A stretch of DNA of 64,000 nucleotides from the NCBI GenBank assembly GCA_951406725.2, contig OX597816.1, positions 123,380,001 through 123,444,000 of the forward strand, read 5' to 3'. The stretch is from Octopus vulgaris. Taxonomy: Eukaryota. Position 1 is the first letter of the stretch, and the number at the start of each line of letters is the position of its first letter. Of this stretch, positions 11,330-25,760 are shown piece by piece. The position numbers and the translations under genes are program-made. The notes beneath the pieces are model-generated. The model saw only the letters and a list, made by a program, of their open reading frames with translations. It made no database searches and was not told the origin of the DNA.

Positions 11330-13166
11330 ACAGAAGCAGGGATATACATACAGATATTTAAAAATGCATAGAAACACACATAGGGCCAGTAATTCTCTCT
11401 TTCCCCAAAATACCCTTTCCACATTACCTTATCTCTGTAATTATTTGTCTTTCTATAAACTCTAGTGTTTCTGTATTTCTTGTAATAGAAAATCTCTAAG
11501 ATGATATTAGATTTTATAAGGATAGATTTGAGAGAAAAAAAAAGAAGTGCCAATCAAAGTAAGGGTTTATTATTAAGAGTTATGGACTCTCATTCTTTAC
11601 CATATCAAAAAAAAAAAAAAATTCATTTCGAAATCTATTTTACATCAGTGTATTTTCATAGGGATGAAGTGATTGCTTGCAAAAGATGGGAAAAGAGATT
11701 CCATACCAGGATAATAACCCTTAAAACCTATTTATTTTCCTTTTCCCAAATATGTGCTTATATAATCTAGTATCGCATAAGTGATATTTAGTTTATGAAA
11801 AACAGAGTTTATTGAAAGATAAAGCAATAGAGTGAAGGTAATGAAAAACGAGTGAGAGAAGTAGGGAGAAAGGGGGGAGAGAGAAAGAGAGAGAGAGACT
11901 ATGATTTTACAACTATCTCTATAACATTTTTCTTCAATAAGCTGTTGTGTTTTGCTTGCAAGACCCTCTGTCACTCCCACTATAAACTTTTTAACAGATT
12001 ATATTATGGAATCAATTTTTCTCTCATCACCCACTTCATTCTCTGTATTGCTTGGCATTTTTATGACATATGGTTCTCCTGGTTAGGTGTAGGCATGGCT
12101 GTATAAATAGAGCATTTGTTTCATAATCATGTGGTTCTGAAAGTCCTTCTCACTACATGGTATCATGATATGTTTGGAAAGTGTTGTCTACAGTGGCCAC
12201 AAACTAAACATTCCCTATGAACGGATTTGGTTGATGGAAACTGCATGGAAACACACATAGTTTCAAACACACACACATTTATCAAGCAAACACATATTTA
12301 TAAAATCTTCATCATATAATTTCTCATGAGCAGGAGGGCTGCATCAAACTCTCACCTCCTTTGGTATGGTTTTAGGGTAGAATGTCCTTCTTAGTACCAA
12401 CCATTTTTATGGAGTGTTACTGATATTTTTTATGACGCTGGTACTACTGAGGTTTCTAAGTAATTTGCAAGACAAAAGAAAATGGAATAAGGTCCCTTGA
12501 TTGAATGGAGATGTAATGGAGAAGGAAGCAGCTTTACATACACCATGTGTTGAAAGATAGAAGGGCATGGACTTTGTTATAGAGGAGATATATAGTTATC
12601 CTGCATTATATGAGGAAGGGTGGCTGGGAAAAAAGAGTTATAAAGATAATTGTGAAGAGTTGTCAGGAAATACTTTCAAAGTTCAAGAAATTGAGTTCAA
12701 GAGAGAATAGGTACAGAGAGTCAGAAAAAATGGTTGAGTAAGTTCGTACAAAAATGAGACAAGGAAAACTTGTGATTAGGGATGGAGGTAGAGGTGAATA
12801 TAATGAATGGTGAAGAAAGAGGGAGGTGTAATTGGTGGTAATATATTTTATGGCACTCCATCGGTTATGACCACAAGTGTTCTGGTTGATCCAACCAACG
12901 TAACAGCCAGCTTGTGAAATTAACATGCACTCTACAAACACATGTACACTTAATGTAGTTCTCAGAGAGATTCAGCATGGCACAGAGTGTGACAAAGCTG
13001 ACCCTTTGAAATACAGGTACAACCAATTTTTGCTAGCTGAGTGGACTAGAGCAACATAAAATAAAGTGACTTGCTCAAGGAAACAACACATTGCTGAAAA
13101 TTGAACTCATGATCATAAGCTGAATACCCTAACCACTAGACCACACACCTTCACGATGGTGATGTA

Positions 13167-13220
<54 letters not shown>

Positions 13221-13226
<6 letters not shown>

Positions 13227-13470
13227 ATCCAAACAAGAAAGCACAAAAAAAACCACAACAACGCAAGGACGTGGAACAAATATAGTATTATTGGACGCTC
13301 AGGAAAGAAGGAAAGAAGGAGGGTTTAACGTTTCGAGCGGAGCTCTTCATCGGAAACATAGGAGAAGGAAAGATCCATAGAAGGGAAGACAGAGGAAAAA
13401 AATCGCCAACAGTACACAGAGAGAGTTCACGAAAAAAACAAAAGACGAAGACAGGTGGTGAAAAGCTGGA
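13221..13470 (-). mobile_element. (TA)n-anchored short repeat with minimal hammerhead variant (13323-13357)
   Basis: Minus strand reads gttt-CCGATGA-a-gagc-tcc-gctc-GAAACGTT-aaac and ends ggattaacta(TA)n. A second copy in the opposite orientation is at 54780-55024. Confidence 0.7.
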
Positions 13471-14777
13471 ACAAACACTGCATGTCATTTTATCTGGCAT
13501 TCTAATAGTCCTGTTAAAACAAGGAAAGAAATTTAGGGTTGATTATATCAAACCTCAGTATTTGACTGCTACTATATTTTATCAACACCAAAAGGATGAT
13601 ATGCAAAGACCTCAGAGTACATAGAAACCAAAACTAAGTGTGATAAGACATTTTCTCTGACACTCTAACAATACTGTCAAACTAGAGACAATTATACTAA
13701 CCTGGTATAAATGTTATCAATCTTCAAAAAATTCAAAGCAAATTAACCATGTCAAGATTTGAACCCAATATATAACTAAATACTAGAAAGTAATAACTTC
13801 TGTAACATGTTCAGTACATGATTTTACAATTTTATCAATTCTGGAAGGTACCCAGAATGTAGAAAGGGTAAAAATATCATGTAGTTCAGCTCGTTATCAT
13901 TTTTACCATTCCATACAATCAAGAAAAACTCCTGTAAATTGTTATACTTACACAAGCATATGTATACATGAGTGGCTGTGTGGTAAGAAGCTTACTTCCC
14001 AACTACATGATTCTGGGTTCAGTCCCACTGCATGGCACCTTAGGCAAGTGTCTTCTATTATAGCTGAACAGCCCTTCAGCTGGTCAGCTCCTGTCAAACT
14101 GTGCAACCCTTTCCAGCATGGAAAACAGACATTAAACGATGATGATGACGACGACGATAATGATGATGATGGCACTTTTTATTACTCTTTGTATCAATGA
14201 CTGTTGCATCAACTAAAATGCTATATAAGAGAAAATGGTACACGTTCTAGGTACAATGGAATGGCAGATCTCTGGGAAGAAGTTTTGAGACATTTGACTT
14301 CTCTTTCTATTGTTACATGAGTTTTAGCAGATGCTATTGTCTCACCAGTTTCACCAATGTAGAAATAGATGGTAGAATTTAAACTAGCAGATCACTGATA
14401 AAGCAATTTCTCCTTTATTTTCTTCATAATTCTTAACAGAAACTGAACATCTTTTAAAATCACTTCAAATATAAAGTGATGTTTCTATTTCTTATCTGCA
14501 TATTTATTTTTCAGCCTAAATGCTTATAAATATTCATATATTGATATAAATTATTAATGAGTGGGTGGTTACAGAATGTTCATCAATTTCAAATTATTCA
14601 AAATGATCAAAGCCATTTATCAAAGAGATCCCAATAATAGTAGTGTTTAAACTTTTAGCCTATACACGCAATTACATAACTTAATATTTCAGCCATATTT
14701 GATGAATACATCTATGAATTTATTTGAACATATTGCTGAAATGTACTTAAATGATATCATTTTATGTTTATTTCCAG

Positions 14778-14849
14778 GATGTTATATGTAACTTCGATAT
14801 CAAGCTTGACTGGGAATTTAAACTTTCTTTGTTAACAGATCTTGTCAGG
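14778..14849 (+). CDS. Receptor guanylate cyclase (NPR/GUCY2 family), kinase-homology domain, internal exon A
   Basis: tttccAG acceptor and AGG|GTGAGT donor. 72 nt, phase 0/0, translating DVICNFDIKLDWEFKLSLLTDLVR, which matches the 'D.L.N..IKLDW.F..SL..D.V.G' segment of membrane guanylate cyclases. Joins exon B in frame. Confidence 0.93.
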
Positions 14850-15744
14850 GTGAGTGATTGTTTTAAATTATTTCTTCAAAATTTTCTGCTATAAAATTCT
14901 TAATGTTTTTGGATTCACACTGAATTTCTTTCACTGCCATTTTTATGACTTCCCAACATGGTTTTTGGGATATACAGGATATATCACTACATTATGTACA
15001 TGTACCATAATATAACACTTAAATATAGAACTCTTAATTGTGATCATTAGGTCAATGCTATAGAATAGACAAGGCAATTTATTTCTCTCACTCAAACCCT
15101 GTTCTAAAAATCTCTTTGTGTGTATAGTTATTGATTTAGCTAAAACTTCTTTCCATGCTCTTTCTTCATGCTTTCTTGATGTTATTGATTCAAAGAAATT
15201 TTATATTAAGACATTTTAATAAAAGCTACAAAATGTTTTGGAGTGGGATATCATAACCCATCATACCATACAGTTTCACATAATTGAAATGGTATCTATA
15301 TTTTAGTTAAAATCTATCTTTGTAGTTACTATAGATGGAAGAGATATTTGTACAAGTGGAGTTGGTAAACCTTTGAGCATGTTCTATTATCATTGCATAA
15401 AATACTGCAGGTCTTTTATAGATAAATATCTGATTAAACCAAGACGGCTAATTTCGAGCATTAAAATATCACATAGTTATTATATTCTCAATACTTTTCA
15501 ATAGAAATTTTAATTTAGTCAGTTGAAGATTTTCATAACATGATTCACAAGATATATTTTCCACCCATTTTCTGCTTATTATTTTTTCATAATATACACT
15601 GGCCTGCTTGCTTAGCCAGCGGGATGGCATCATTCAAAGGCTAAAACAATGCAAACACATTGTGACCAGCGATGTGTAACAACATCTTATGGTCTTGTCG
15701 GTCACATGATCACGTGATATATACACACACACACACACACACAC

Positions 15745-17130
15745 ACTAGCCTACCTGTGACATGTTGGGTCATCAATAGTTCAAGGTACTCGAAAAAAAC
15801 CATGTCTCAGGAATCCGTGGTTCAATTTACATGAAACTTGTTATTCCGTGTGTATTCACTTTTCAATAATACCTTACTTTCAAAGCATTTTCCCTATAAT
15901 ATGCCAGTTTGGCTATTTATAAAGATACCCAAAAACCCACATATCTCAGTAACCCATGGTCTGATTTACACAAAACTTGTTTTATTCCATTTGTAGTCAC
16001 CATACACTCAGCCCTCCAAGTATCCGATTCCTTACCTCTCCTGCTTCTGTCTCTTTCCCTCTGTTCTGCCAGATGCTCAGCCCTTGCTTTATCAGTCTCA
16101 TCGATCCTTTTATTTGCATGCCTGTCCTGTTCTTGGATAAATATTTCATAAAGGACCTGTTTGTACTTTGGTGTGAAATGATTTTTTCCCTCAGGTTTTT
16201 TTCAAGGGCATTCAATGTATCTTACTTCCAGACCCACCACAAGCCACTTTCTTCCAGAAAAGAAAGGGGGGAAGGGTTGTAGGGACCTCAGAGTTTTCAG
16301 GGGAAACTCTGAGTTTCCTACCAACAGTGTTTTGTTTCATGAGATTTTTCTTTTCCAGTTTATTTCATATGCTTTCAACATATGTGACATTGAAATCACC
16401 TGTAAATAGCCTCCTTTCCCCAGCAAAAGAAAGATTTGGCTGCTATTTCTTGTATGCCCTGCTACCTCATAACAGCTATTTCAGGTCCTTTATCACAAAT
16501 AGCTGTTACAGGGTAGCAGGGCATGCTAGAAATAGCAGCCAAATCTTTGGAGGTGAGATACGTTGAATGCACTCAAAAAGAAAAAAACTTATGGAAGAAA
16601 ATTATCTCACACTGAGATTGTGAACAGGTCTTTTATGAAATATTTACCGTATTCTTAAAGTCATTTTCAATTAAAAATATTTTAAAAATATGCCAACAAA
16701 GATTTTTGTAATGTATTCACTTTAAAATAATTTTAAAAGACAGTAAAATATTGTCTGTTTAAAGAAAGCTAAAATATAAATACTTACTGTACAAACAATT
16801 TACATTTTTGAAATCACATTCACTTAAGAATATTTCTAAATGATTAAAATATTGTGTTCAACAAAAGTAAAAATAGAAACATTTACTGTAAAAAACAACT
16901 GCATTTTTTCGTTGTCAAGTTAAAGTCAATAATGTGTCTAATTGAAAGGTTAGAGTTTCTTCCCTTTCAGGGTTATTTTCGGAGTATTTTCCCATTATGA
17001 ACAGTTTTGGGTATTTATACTCCAAAACACCTAATATCTCAAAAAACAGTTGTCCGATTTACACGAAACTTGTTCTAGTCTGTTTGTATTCACATTTCAA
17101 GGGAACTTTAATTCATGGTATTTTCTCATT
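15745..17130. mobile_element. Possible non-autonomous Helitron/Helentron-like relic with internal subrepeats
   Basis: Three copies of atatctca...(c)gatttacacgaaacttgtt...tgtattcac at about 15800, 15940 and 17035; begins near actag. The classification is inference. Confidence 0.35.
16138..16646. mobile_element. MITE-like element with ~24-bp terminal inverted repeats
   Basis: taaatatttcataaaggacctgtt ... aacaggtcttttatgaaatattta. Confidence 0.55.
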
Positions 17131-17911
17131 ATGTGCCAGTATAGCTGTGAAACATTGCAAGCAAGCAAGATTGAAGTTCATTTTTAATATATTGTGTGTG
17201 CGTGCGCATGTGTGCCTGTGTGTATGTGAAGAAAGTGCATAGCTGCATGGCTTAGTGATTAGGGTTTTGGGATCAGGATCATAAGATTGTGAGTTCGATT
17301 CCCAGTGGCACATTGCTTTAGTCCACTCAGAAGGCAAAAATAAGTTGTACCACTAATTCAAAGAGCCACCTTTGTCTTCTTAAAGATGAGTGTTTCTCCT
17401 GGTCTGAGACATTCAGTTTTCTTTAACAATTGGCACATGTAGAGATCTTTCTCAGGACACTATCCTGCAGCAAATTGCTGTACAGACAAAATACATACAC
17501 TATCTATGTACAACTAATGATGTTTACATTATCAGAGTTGTTTTTAATTTGAAATTTAATTTTGTTTCATTGGTGCTATTTCACAGCACATCAGCAAATA
17601 AGCTTCACACTATTTACATATATGTCCCAGGCCAGCTACACATTTTGGTTTAAGGTGTGTTGAGTACATAGTACCAAAGGCCTACAATAATAAGGAAATA
17701 CGGATATTTATCACTCTTGTGAGTTGCCTCATACTCTGAGACATTCAGTGTTCTTTAACACCCAGTGTCATGTAGGGACCTTTCCCAGGATGCCATCCTG
17801 CAGCAAATTATTATATAAATAAAATGCATAGACTAAGTATGTACGACCAATAATGTTTATATATATATATCTATATCTATATATATATATATACACACAC
17901 ATATGTATAAT

Positions 17912-18125
17912 AAAAATTAATGAAAGGACATACTAAGTATGTCCTATTGGTGACTTAAGTATTGTGACTTAAATAAAAGTATGTCCAATTGATTTTGATT
18001 GTTATTTCCAGAAACAACAGTCAAAACTTTTATTTAAGTCACCAATATTCTGCAAGATTTAAATAAGAGTTTTGACTGTTATTTCCTGCAGGTAGACATA
18101 CTTGGTATGTCCTTTCATTAATTTT
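17912..18125. repeat. Multi-branched fold-back (nested inverted repeats)
   Basis: Terminal arms aaaattaatgaaaggacatactaagtatgtc / gacatacttggtatgtcctttcattaatttt; inner pairs tattggtgacttaa/ttaagtcaccaata and aacagtcaaaact/agttttgactgtt. Confidence 0.8.
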
Positions 18126-18292
18126 AGTACTTCATCTATTTAATGTTTTTTGGGGCCTGCAATTACCTATATTATTGGTTCTGTTATTACCAGTTTTAAA
18201 TTGTTACACGAGATAGTAATAGAGTCAATGATATCTTTGCAAATATTTGCTCCGAATATATATATATATACATACATATAATTGTCTGTTAG

Positions 18293-18426
18293 TAAAATGT
18301 GATGAAGGATGCAGGGAGCACCAATATTGGTAGAAATAAGAGTCAAAGAACTCTTTAACCACAAAAAGCACAATGACTCTTATTTCTAGCAATGTTGGTG
18401 CTCCCTGCACCCTTCGTCACATTTTA
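18293..18426. repeat. Hairpin with ~53-bp arms
   Basis: taaaatgtgatgaaggatgcagggagcaccaatattggtagaaataagagtca pairs with tgactcttatttctagcaatgttggtgctccctgcacccttcgtcacatttta (4 mismatches). Confidence 0.85.
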
Positions 18427-19801
18427 GAGATCGTGAATTATTTCTTTTGGGGTTTTGAATTGTGTCTAGCAGCCTTCATTATTTTATATATAGTGGTTAG
18501 GGTGTTGCACTCGTGACTGCAAGATTGTGGGTTCAATTCCTAGACTGGGTGTTGTGTTATGTTCTTGAGCAAAACACTTCATTTCACGTTGCTCTGTGAT
18601 CATTTTGTCATCTGACATGTGGCACAAGGTGCACCTGTACAGGTAATATCAATTTGATGGATGGAGTGAGCTTATGTGAACACAAACATTTTATCCCTAT
18701 AGATAAATCATCTGTGTGGTTGTCTGGCAAGAAATTCCTGAACCCTCATATGAGGCGTGTATGAAAAGTCTTGAACCTCAAAATAACAAAACATGGTACA
18801 AGACTTCTGATGAAGGTACAAGACATCAAGGCTAAAAACGTTTCATACACCCCTTGTATGTCATCTAATGAGGGGAGAGTTCATGATATACATGTGTCTT
18901 TTGAGGCTTCAGTTAGATTTGCAGACTGCATATGTGTGTGCGAACGTGCATGTGTGTATAGGCAGACAGAAGGACAGACAGATACACACACACACATACT
19001 CATAGAAGTACATATACATATGCATAGGTGCTTATATATACATATACATATGTGTGTACTTTGTATTGTATGATAAATAAGCTAGCATCTTGTACATTTT
19101 AAGTAATGTTTATCATTGTGCAAATATTTAAAAAAAAATTCTCTTCAAATGGATTTTATATTTTTTCATTCTTGTATGCTTGAATACACAAACAAATTGA
19201 TTATTCTGAAGTTAGCTTTTTGAGTTTTATTAAAATTTGACTTAGTTTACTAAAACTACTATTTATATCATTATTTTGTTTTCCAAATGAATTTTTTTTC
19301 TTAATGTAAAAAGAAATTAAACTTTGGAACTGGAATTCATTTGTGATCTGAAATGATCCGTATTTGAGTTAAAATGGGAAATCGTAAACAACTCTTTCCT
19401 GGAAGCATATCACAACATTCTAAGTAATTTTATCTCTTTCAAATAAGTCAAAGTAAGATATCAGCTGACAATAACTACTATTCTGATATAATTAAAGTAG
19501 CAGTTGCATTGATATATCTCCCCAAACTGCTCCATATTTAATTAAGTAAATTGAAGCCAAATCAATTGATCTGGCCACATGCATCATCAGTCATCTAATT
19601 CATTAAACTCACTCGAGCATTTCCTCACTTCTAAGCAGAACCTTTGTTCTAATATTTCTGTTTTCTCTCTTATATGCTGTACTGCAATTATTATCTACTG
19701 ACAAGTGGCAAATGGTAGCAAGAGAATTTCTAATTTAACCATGTTAGAATGTTAAACTTATATATATATACACACACATGTACATACACAAGAGTGCATG
19801 C

Positions 19802-19842
<41 letters not shown>

Positions 19843-20744
19843 CATACATGCATTTATGTATATATCATTATCATAGTCATCTTTTTAATGTTTGTTTTCC
19901 ATGCTGTCATGGTCTAGACAGTTTGACAGTTGTTGGTAACCTGAAGGGCTGCATCAGGTTCCAGTAATTTCTTTTGGTAAAGTTTCTACATCTGGATGCC
20001 CTTCTTAATGCCAACCACTTTACAGAGTGTACTGGGTGCTTTTTACATGCTGCTAGCATGAGTACTTTTATGTGATGCCAGCACAAGTGCTTTTTACATG
20101 GCACCAGCACCTATGAGGTTGTCAAAGGAGATACTTGGCTATCTCAGTAGGACAAGGAAGTGGATGGAGGTGGGAGAAAGAGAGAAAGACAGAGACAGTT
20201 GTAGTGAGAGAAAGAGAGAGAGAGAGAGAGACGGAGAGGGAAAGAGGGAGAGAGAGGGTCTGCTCTCAAGGAAGAGTGGCTGGGTATAAGTAATGCAGAG
20301 GTGATAGATATGTTATAAGGAGAGATATATAGAGATAGCAAATAATGGTGAGAGGAACTAGGGGCATGCAGTGGGTGCTTGGGATTTTGGAGAGCTGGGT
20401 TGTGGTGAGTTTTGCCAGAGGACAGAATTATGTTTGTGTGTCCGTGTGTCAGGAGAAATGGGAGTTGTGGCTGTAAAGGATATTCCTGTATGTGTGGATG
20501 ACCATGATTTTATTTAGCTTGGTATTTCTTCTGAAGCACAGCAAATCACTTGAAGTCTTGGTCCCTTGTCATCTCCTTTGTGAGGTTCAACCTCTGAAGA
20601 TCATTTCTCTCCACTTCATTCCATTTTTTCCTGGGTCTACCCCTTCCACAAGTTTCCTCCAAAGTTAGAGGTCAGTATTTCTTTATGGAGCTGTTCTCAT
20701 AGCTAGAGAGTTGCACTTATTTATGAAGCTGTCCTTCTTTGACA

Positions 20745-21460
20745 AGAAGAGTCGGACAAATGCTTCTCAGACATTTGAGGATACAGTAAAGCATGAACTG
20801 AAATGCTTGAGAAACTATCACCCAATCAATACCTGTCACCATTTGAAGAGGAACTGTGTAAAATTATATAAATATAAAATTTAAGAAATATCCAAAATGG
20901 CATAACCAGTGCCAACAAAAGCTTAGAAAAAGAACACCAAGCAACTTAGTACTGGTTGATAAAACTGTGATTTGTGTTGTTGATACCACACTCTTTAAAA
21001 AACTAATCACAAAGAACTTCATAGTAAATATAAACATGCACCTAGATATACATGAACTAATACGAAATAGTAAAGGCTTTTAAGTAGTTTCTGGACTAGG
21101 AAAAGAAGATAAAACTGAACTATAAGTTCCCAGAAAATCTAGAATTAATTTTGACATTGACTCTACTGTTAGACTAATATGCCCCTCCAAATCAGATGTA
21201 GTTAGGATCACAAAAGATATTATTGATAGAATACTACTGAATCTTAGATCTAAGATTAAACATGCAGTATGATCAGACACACTAGGGATTATTGGATGGT
21301 TCAAAAGATTAGAGAGGAACGATAGTTGCAAATTCCTACAAGCTGATAAATCAAATTATTATTCTACTATTAATCCAGTACTACTTTATAAGGCTCTAAT
21401 TTTTGCTATGTGCAATTCCAATTTATCTAGGTCAGATATAGCTATGATATCAGCTGATAA
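20745..21460 (+). pseudogene. Penelope-like element (PLE) reverse transcriptase fragment
   Basis: From about 21162 it reads STVRLICPSKSDVVRITKDIIDRILLNLRSKIKHAV*SDTLGIIGWFKRLERNDSCKFLQADKSNYYSTINPVLLYKALIFA. This resembles the PLE RT pattern 'RLINPxKSxxGxIxKxIxD...WxNTxxVIxWF...FxQxDIxxFYPSI...L..A..FA'. Contains stops. Confidence 0.7.
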
Positions 21461-24426
21461 AGTTCAATAATAAACTGTGGATGAGATCTGACAGGGTTGA
21501 CTATCTCAACACAGCAATGGGATCAAGACACTCAGTGCAATCACTCATCAAAATGTAAAACCCTGTTTCTGTCTCTCTGTCTCACTATAACTTTTCATCA
21601 TCCAACACAAGATCACCTCCTCCAATGCCACTTCCCCTCTCAAAAGAGTTTTTTTTTGTTTTGCAAGTACTTGATGACCCTGTCAGTGCAGGTGGCTCTT
21701 AAAAGCACACTGTAAAGTGGTTGGCATTTGAAAGGGCATCCAGCTGTAAAATCTTTGCCAAAACTGAACTTGCTCATGTTTGTGCCATGTAAAAAGCACT
21801 AAATCCACTCTACTGAGTGGTTGGTGTTAGGAAGGGCATCCAACTGTAATATTCCTGTCAAAACAGTTACAGAAGTCTGGTACAGGCTTCTACCTGGCCA
21901 GCTCTTGTCAAACCGTTCCACCCATGCCAGCATGGAAGACAGACTTTAAATGATGATGATGATGATATATATATTACCACTTGGTTGACAACTGATGGAG
22001 AATTAAGGGACCTTCTGTATCTGTCTCCTGTCTGGTTGTACACTCAGTATACGTATATGTTTTTTTATCTGTCGTTGTTTATTTACAATGCAGATTTTTA
22101 TTTATTAACTATGCAATGCACTCCCTACTTTTATGTATATATGTATATATATATTTTGTGTGTGTGTGTGTGTGTATACAAACACACATATATATACACA
22201 TATATATTTATACACATACATACACAGACATAAATACACACACAGGCACAAACACACACACACTCATATATGTATAGTCAACAGGTAAGATCTAGAGATA
22301 CTCAATATATAGGAAACACATAGTAGTGCTCAGATGATTTAAATGTAAACTCAGAGTCTTTATTGAGGAGTAGGTGTATTACTAGTACAGAAATGTCAAG
22401 ATGATAGAGATGCTAGATTATCTCAGTTGTTTATATATACTAATGAGCTTTATATTAGTACCTATGAAATTCATTGATTGCTAGATTTACAACTATATCT
22501 GAAACCAGGTGATTACAACAATAATACCATCGTTAGTTTACTTTAATCCATTTTCAATTTGATTCTAATTTTCCTTTCTCATGCATGGCATGGGATGAAC
22601 TTAATCTTCTTACATTACTTCCATCTCATATACTTTCCTTTTTTTTATGCCTAAATTTGCCAAGTATAGGAAGTATTCTGCTTTCTCAACTGAAAGAAAT
22701 TGTTCCACTAAGCTTTCTGAACAATATAATTTAATACATTATACTCAACAATCTCGAAGACCATTTCTCAAACATTATGGACATTACTTCTTGCCTTTCA
22801 AACAAAGGCAATTAACTTCTCTAATTATTCTACTGATCAAATATCTTTACATGAAATACATCCCATGCAATAAATATTGAGGATAATCACCAACAGAAAT
22901 TGAACTTGAATCTCATTTTATTCAGAAAATTACAGAATAAAAGAATAGAATCAATCACCCTTGACTACCACTCAAATGTTATATCACAATGAACCCCAGC
23001 TCAAAAGATAATCTAGTGAAAGTAATATTTTCTTCACATGACTCTGAAAAGCTTTGATGAAATTTAACATGATAATTTCCTAACTACAAGGAAAGGCCTC
23101 AATGTAACCTACTGGAATGAGATATTTAAAAATAATATCATTAACTGATTGACACCTTTCATCCCAAGTTTTCCTAAATCACTATTCTATCTGCAAAATG
23201 TTTTCAATATATTCCTTCCAATATGACAGAAATTAGTTCTGCTTCATTAAATTTGCTAAATATTTTGAAGGTTTTGCTTGGAAATTATTGTCATATTGCT
23301 AATGAAGAATGAATGAACTGGTTGAGAATATGATGGGCTGTGATGTGGCTTTTGCCAGTATGAGGATGTTATACATAAATAAATGGAAGAAAAGAATGTT
23401 GAAAGTCAGTTTTGATAAGTGAAAAACCCAGCTGGTATAATAATTACAAATAGAAGTTTAAGTGATTCAAAATTATGAAGTATTTCATTATAGGGTATTA
23501 AAAGTGTAAGAGCTATAAAAGCATGATTAAGCTTTTGGCCTATTATAATGTATATCATAATGTATATCACTTATACATATATATATATTATAATGTATAT
23601 CACTTAAGAGAGTAAATCAAGAAATGGGTCTAGAGCTTTTACTGATATCAGTACGAATGACAATCATTGTTGATTGGATACTTGCTTACATTTAAAATGT
23701 CATGCCACCTTATATGGAATTATTTCTTTTCCTTCTTTCTCTCATTGTTTACTACTTGTACAACTGTTACTTCACCTCCTATACAACTATAACTAATAAT
23801 TTGTCAACTCTGTCATTGCTTTCCACTATTACTACTTCTCTGACTTATTCTCTGCCTTTTCCTTTCCCTCCTATTATTTCTACTACTTTCACCACAACCT
23901 ATTCTTTGGATGCAATGTTTCCATTTGAAAGTAATGCTTGGAATATGATGAATATCCACACTGAGTGGTGAGCCTTGTAGCAATCTGCAAGACATAGCAG
24001 TGGGTCTTTTGTTCTCCTTATTCCAAATTATAGCTCCTAGTGAAAACCACATCCATATAAGGAAGCAACAGACATAGTAGCTTTGTATATACACATATTG
24101 ATACTCTGTCCATACACACACACAACTCACATACACAACTCACATAGAGAAAGAGAGAGAAAGAGAAGATACATGGCAGAAAATGTATAGTAAAATTTAA
24201 AAAAAACAATATCACTCAGGGAGTGTATTCAATGAAAATTAACATGCAAACTGGAGAGAAATGGAAAAAGATCAAATATTTGGGATTATGGCTTTTATGA
24301 AAGAAAAATAAAAGAAGTGGGGAAAGAAATGGAAATAATATCAGATTACTAACGTCTGTTTACATCGAAGGCATGGTAGTAAAAGCTTGTTTGTTTCCTA
24401 TGGTTCTATTTCTGTTGTTACATTAA

Positions 24427-25760
24427 CAGGGTGCTCTTGCTAAATTTGATAGCTTGCATAAAAGGAAAAAAACAACAACACGATATCCTATTCAAAAATA
24501 AAATTTAAAAAAAAAGCAAAATTTATCAAATATATTATAACTCAGAGATAAAAGTTTACTCAAAGTAGCCACCTTTGGCTTCTACCATGGGTTCAAAATA
24601 GCTCCAGAAACTGGTGAATGCATTTTCCTTTGTCACTGAGTAGATCTTCAAACACCTCCTTGATCTTAGCCACCAGTTTGACCTTAGTGTTGCTCACAGA
24701 ACTGTTAGAGTCTTTCTCAACCACACTCCAGTCATATTCCTCAATGGGATTACAATTGGGAAAATAAGTTATAAAAATTCTCCAGCAATCACGTTTCACT
24801 TTTTCTGGAGGTATGGCAAGGAGCTGAATCCTGCTACTACACATCTGGCCTTCCAGCAAATAACCCTCTCCAACTAAGCTTTGATCACAGTCTCCAGCAG
24901 CTCCACATATCTGTCTGAATTAAGCCTAAGGCCCTTCTCAAAGATATGGGGTGGCATGATATCTCTCTCACTGGAGATATACCCAAAGACCATTACAATT
25001 TGTAGGGAATTTAGTTTTTATGATACACAAAACATCACAGATTGTTGGCAAGCTTTTACAGTGGTCACAGATCATTGAGTAGCAGTCATGATGTTGGCAT
25101 TTTGATACCTGGTGTAGCCCATCATGATACAGTTACCTTGTTTGCAATATTCAGATTGCTTCAAGTCCTCCATGTCAGCTCAGTTTTTCTCAACTGCAAC
25201 TTTAATCTTTATGCTCTCCAATGCCATTGACTAGTGGAGGCACATGGCCTGAGCAGTGGTCGAGGGATCGTGAGTTTGAATCTCAGACCGGGCGATGCGT
25301 ATGTTTATGAGCGAAACGCCTAAGCTCCATGCGGCTCCAGCAGAAGGTAATGGCGAACTTCTGCTGACTCTTTCACCACAACTTTCTCTCACTCTTTCCT
25401 CCTGCATCTTGCAGCTCACCTGCGATGGACTGGTGTCCCATCCAGGTGGGAAACCTATACGCCAAAGAAACTGGGAAACCGGCCCCTATGAGTAAGGCAT
25501 GGCTCAAGAAGGTACAAACAAAAAAAAACAAAATGCCATTGCCTGTTCACTCAACAAATCAAGCTGTTCCTGAGAAAAAAGGAGACACAAGAAAATTACT
25601 GCAAAGCTCCATGATAGTGTTGTCAGACATGGCATGCAGACCATCATATAACTTGTTTTATTCTTCTCTTCCATTTTATTTTGACATGTACATTGTATTT
25701 TTATTTTTCTTCCATTTTACGAATTCAGTATGCACATGTGCATTGCATGCAAGTACTTCT
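24427..25760 (-). mobile_element. Decayed Tc1/mariner-superfamily transposon
   Basis: cagggtg-type TIR at 24427. The minus ORF 24593-24859 contains PNCNPIEEYDWSVVEKDSN...KLVAKIKEVFEDL, a decayed 'SPDxNPxD..W' C-terminal motif. Interrupted by a SINE. Confidence 0.7.
25234..25531 (+). mobile_element. tRNA-derived SINE inserted in the transposon
   Basis: Head gtggaggcacatggcc and A-rich tail; TSD aatgccattg at 25220-25229 and 25532-25541. Confidence 0.85.

Noticed and set aside
16525-16537. GCTAGAAATAGC, identical to part of the engineered Cas9 sgRNA scaffold
   Set aside because: Only a 12-nt GAAA-tetraloop hairpin inside a recurring local repeat; no CRISPR array, cas gene or remaining scaffold.
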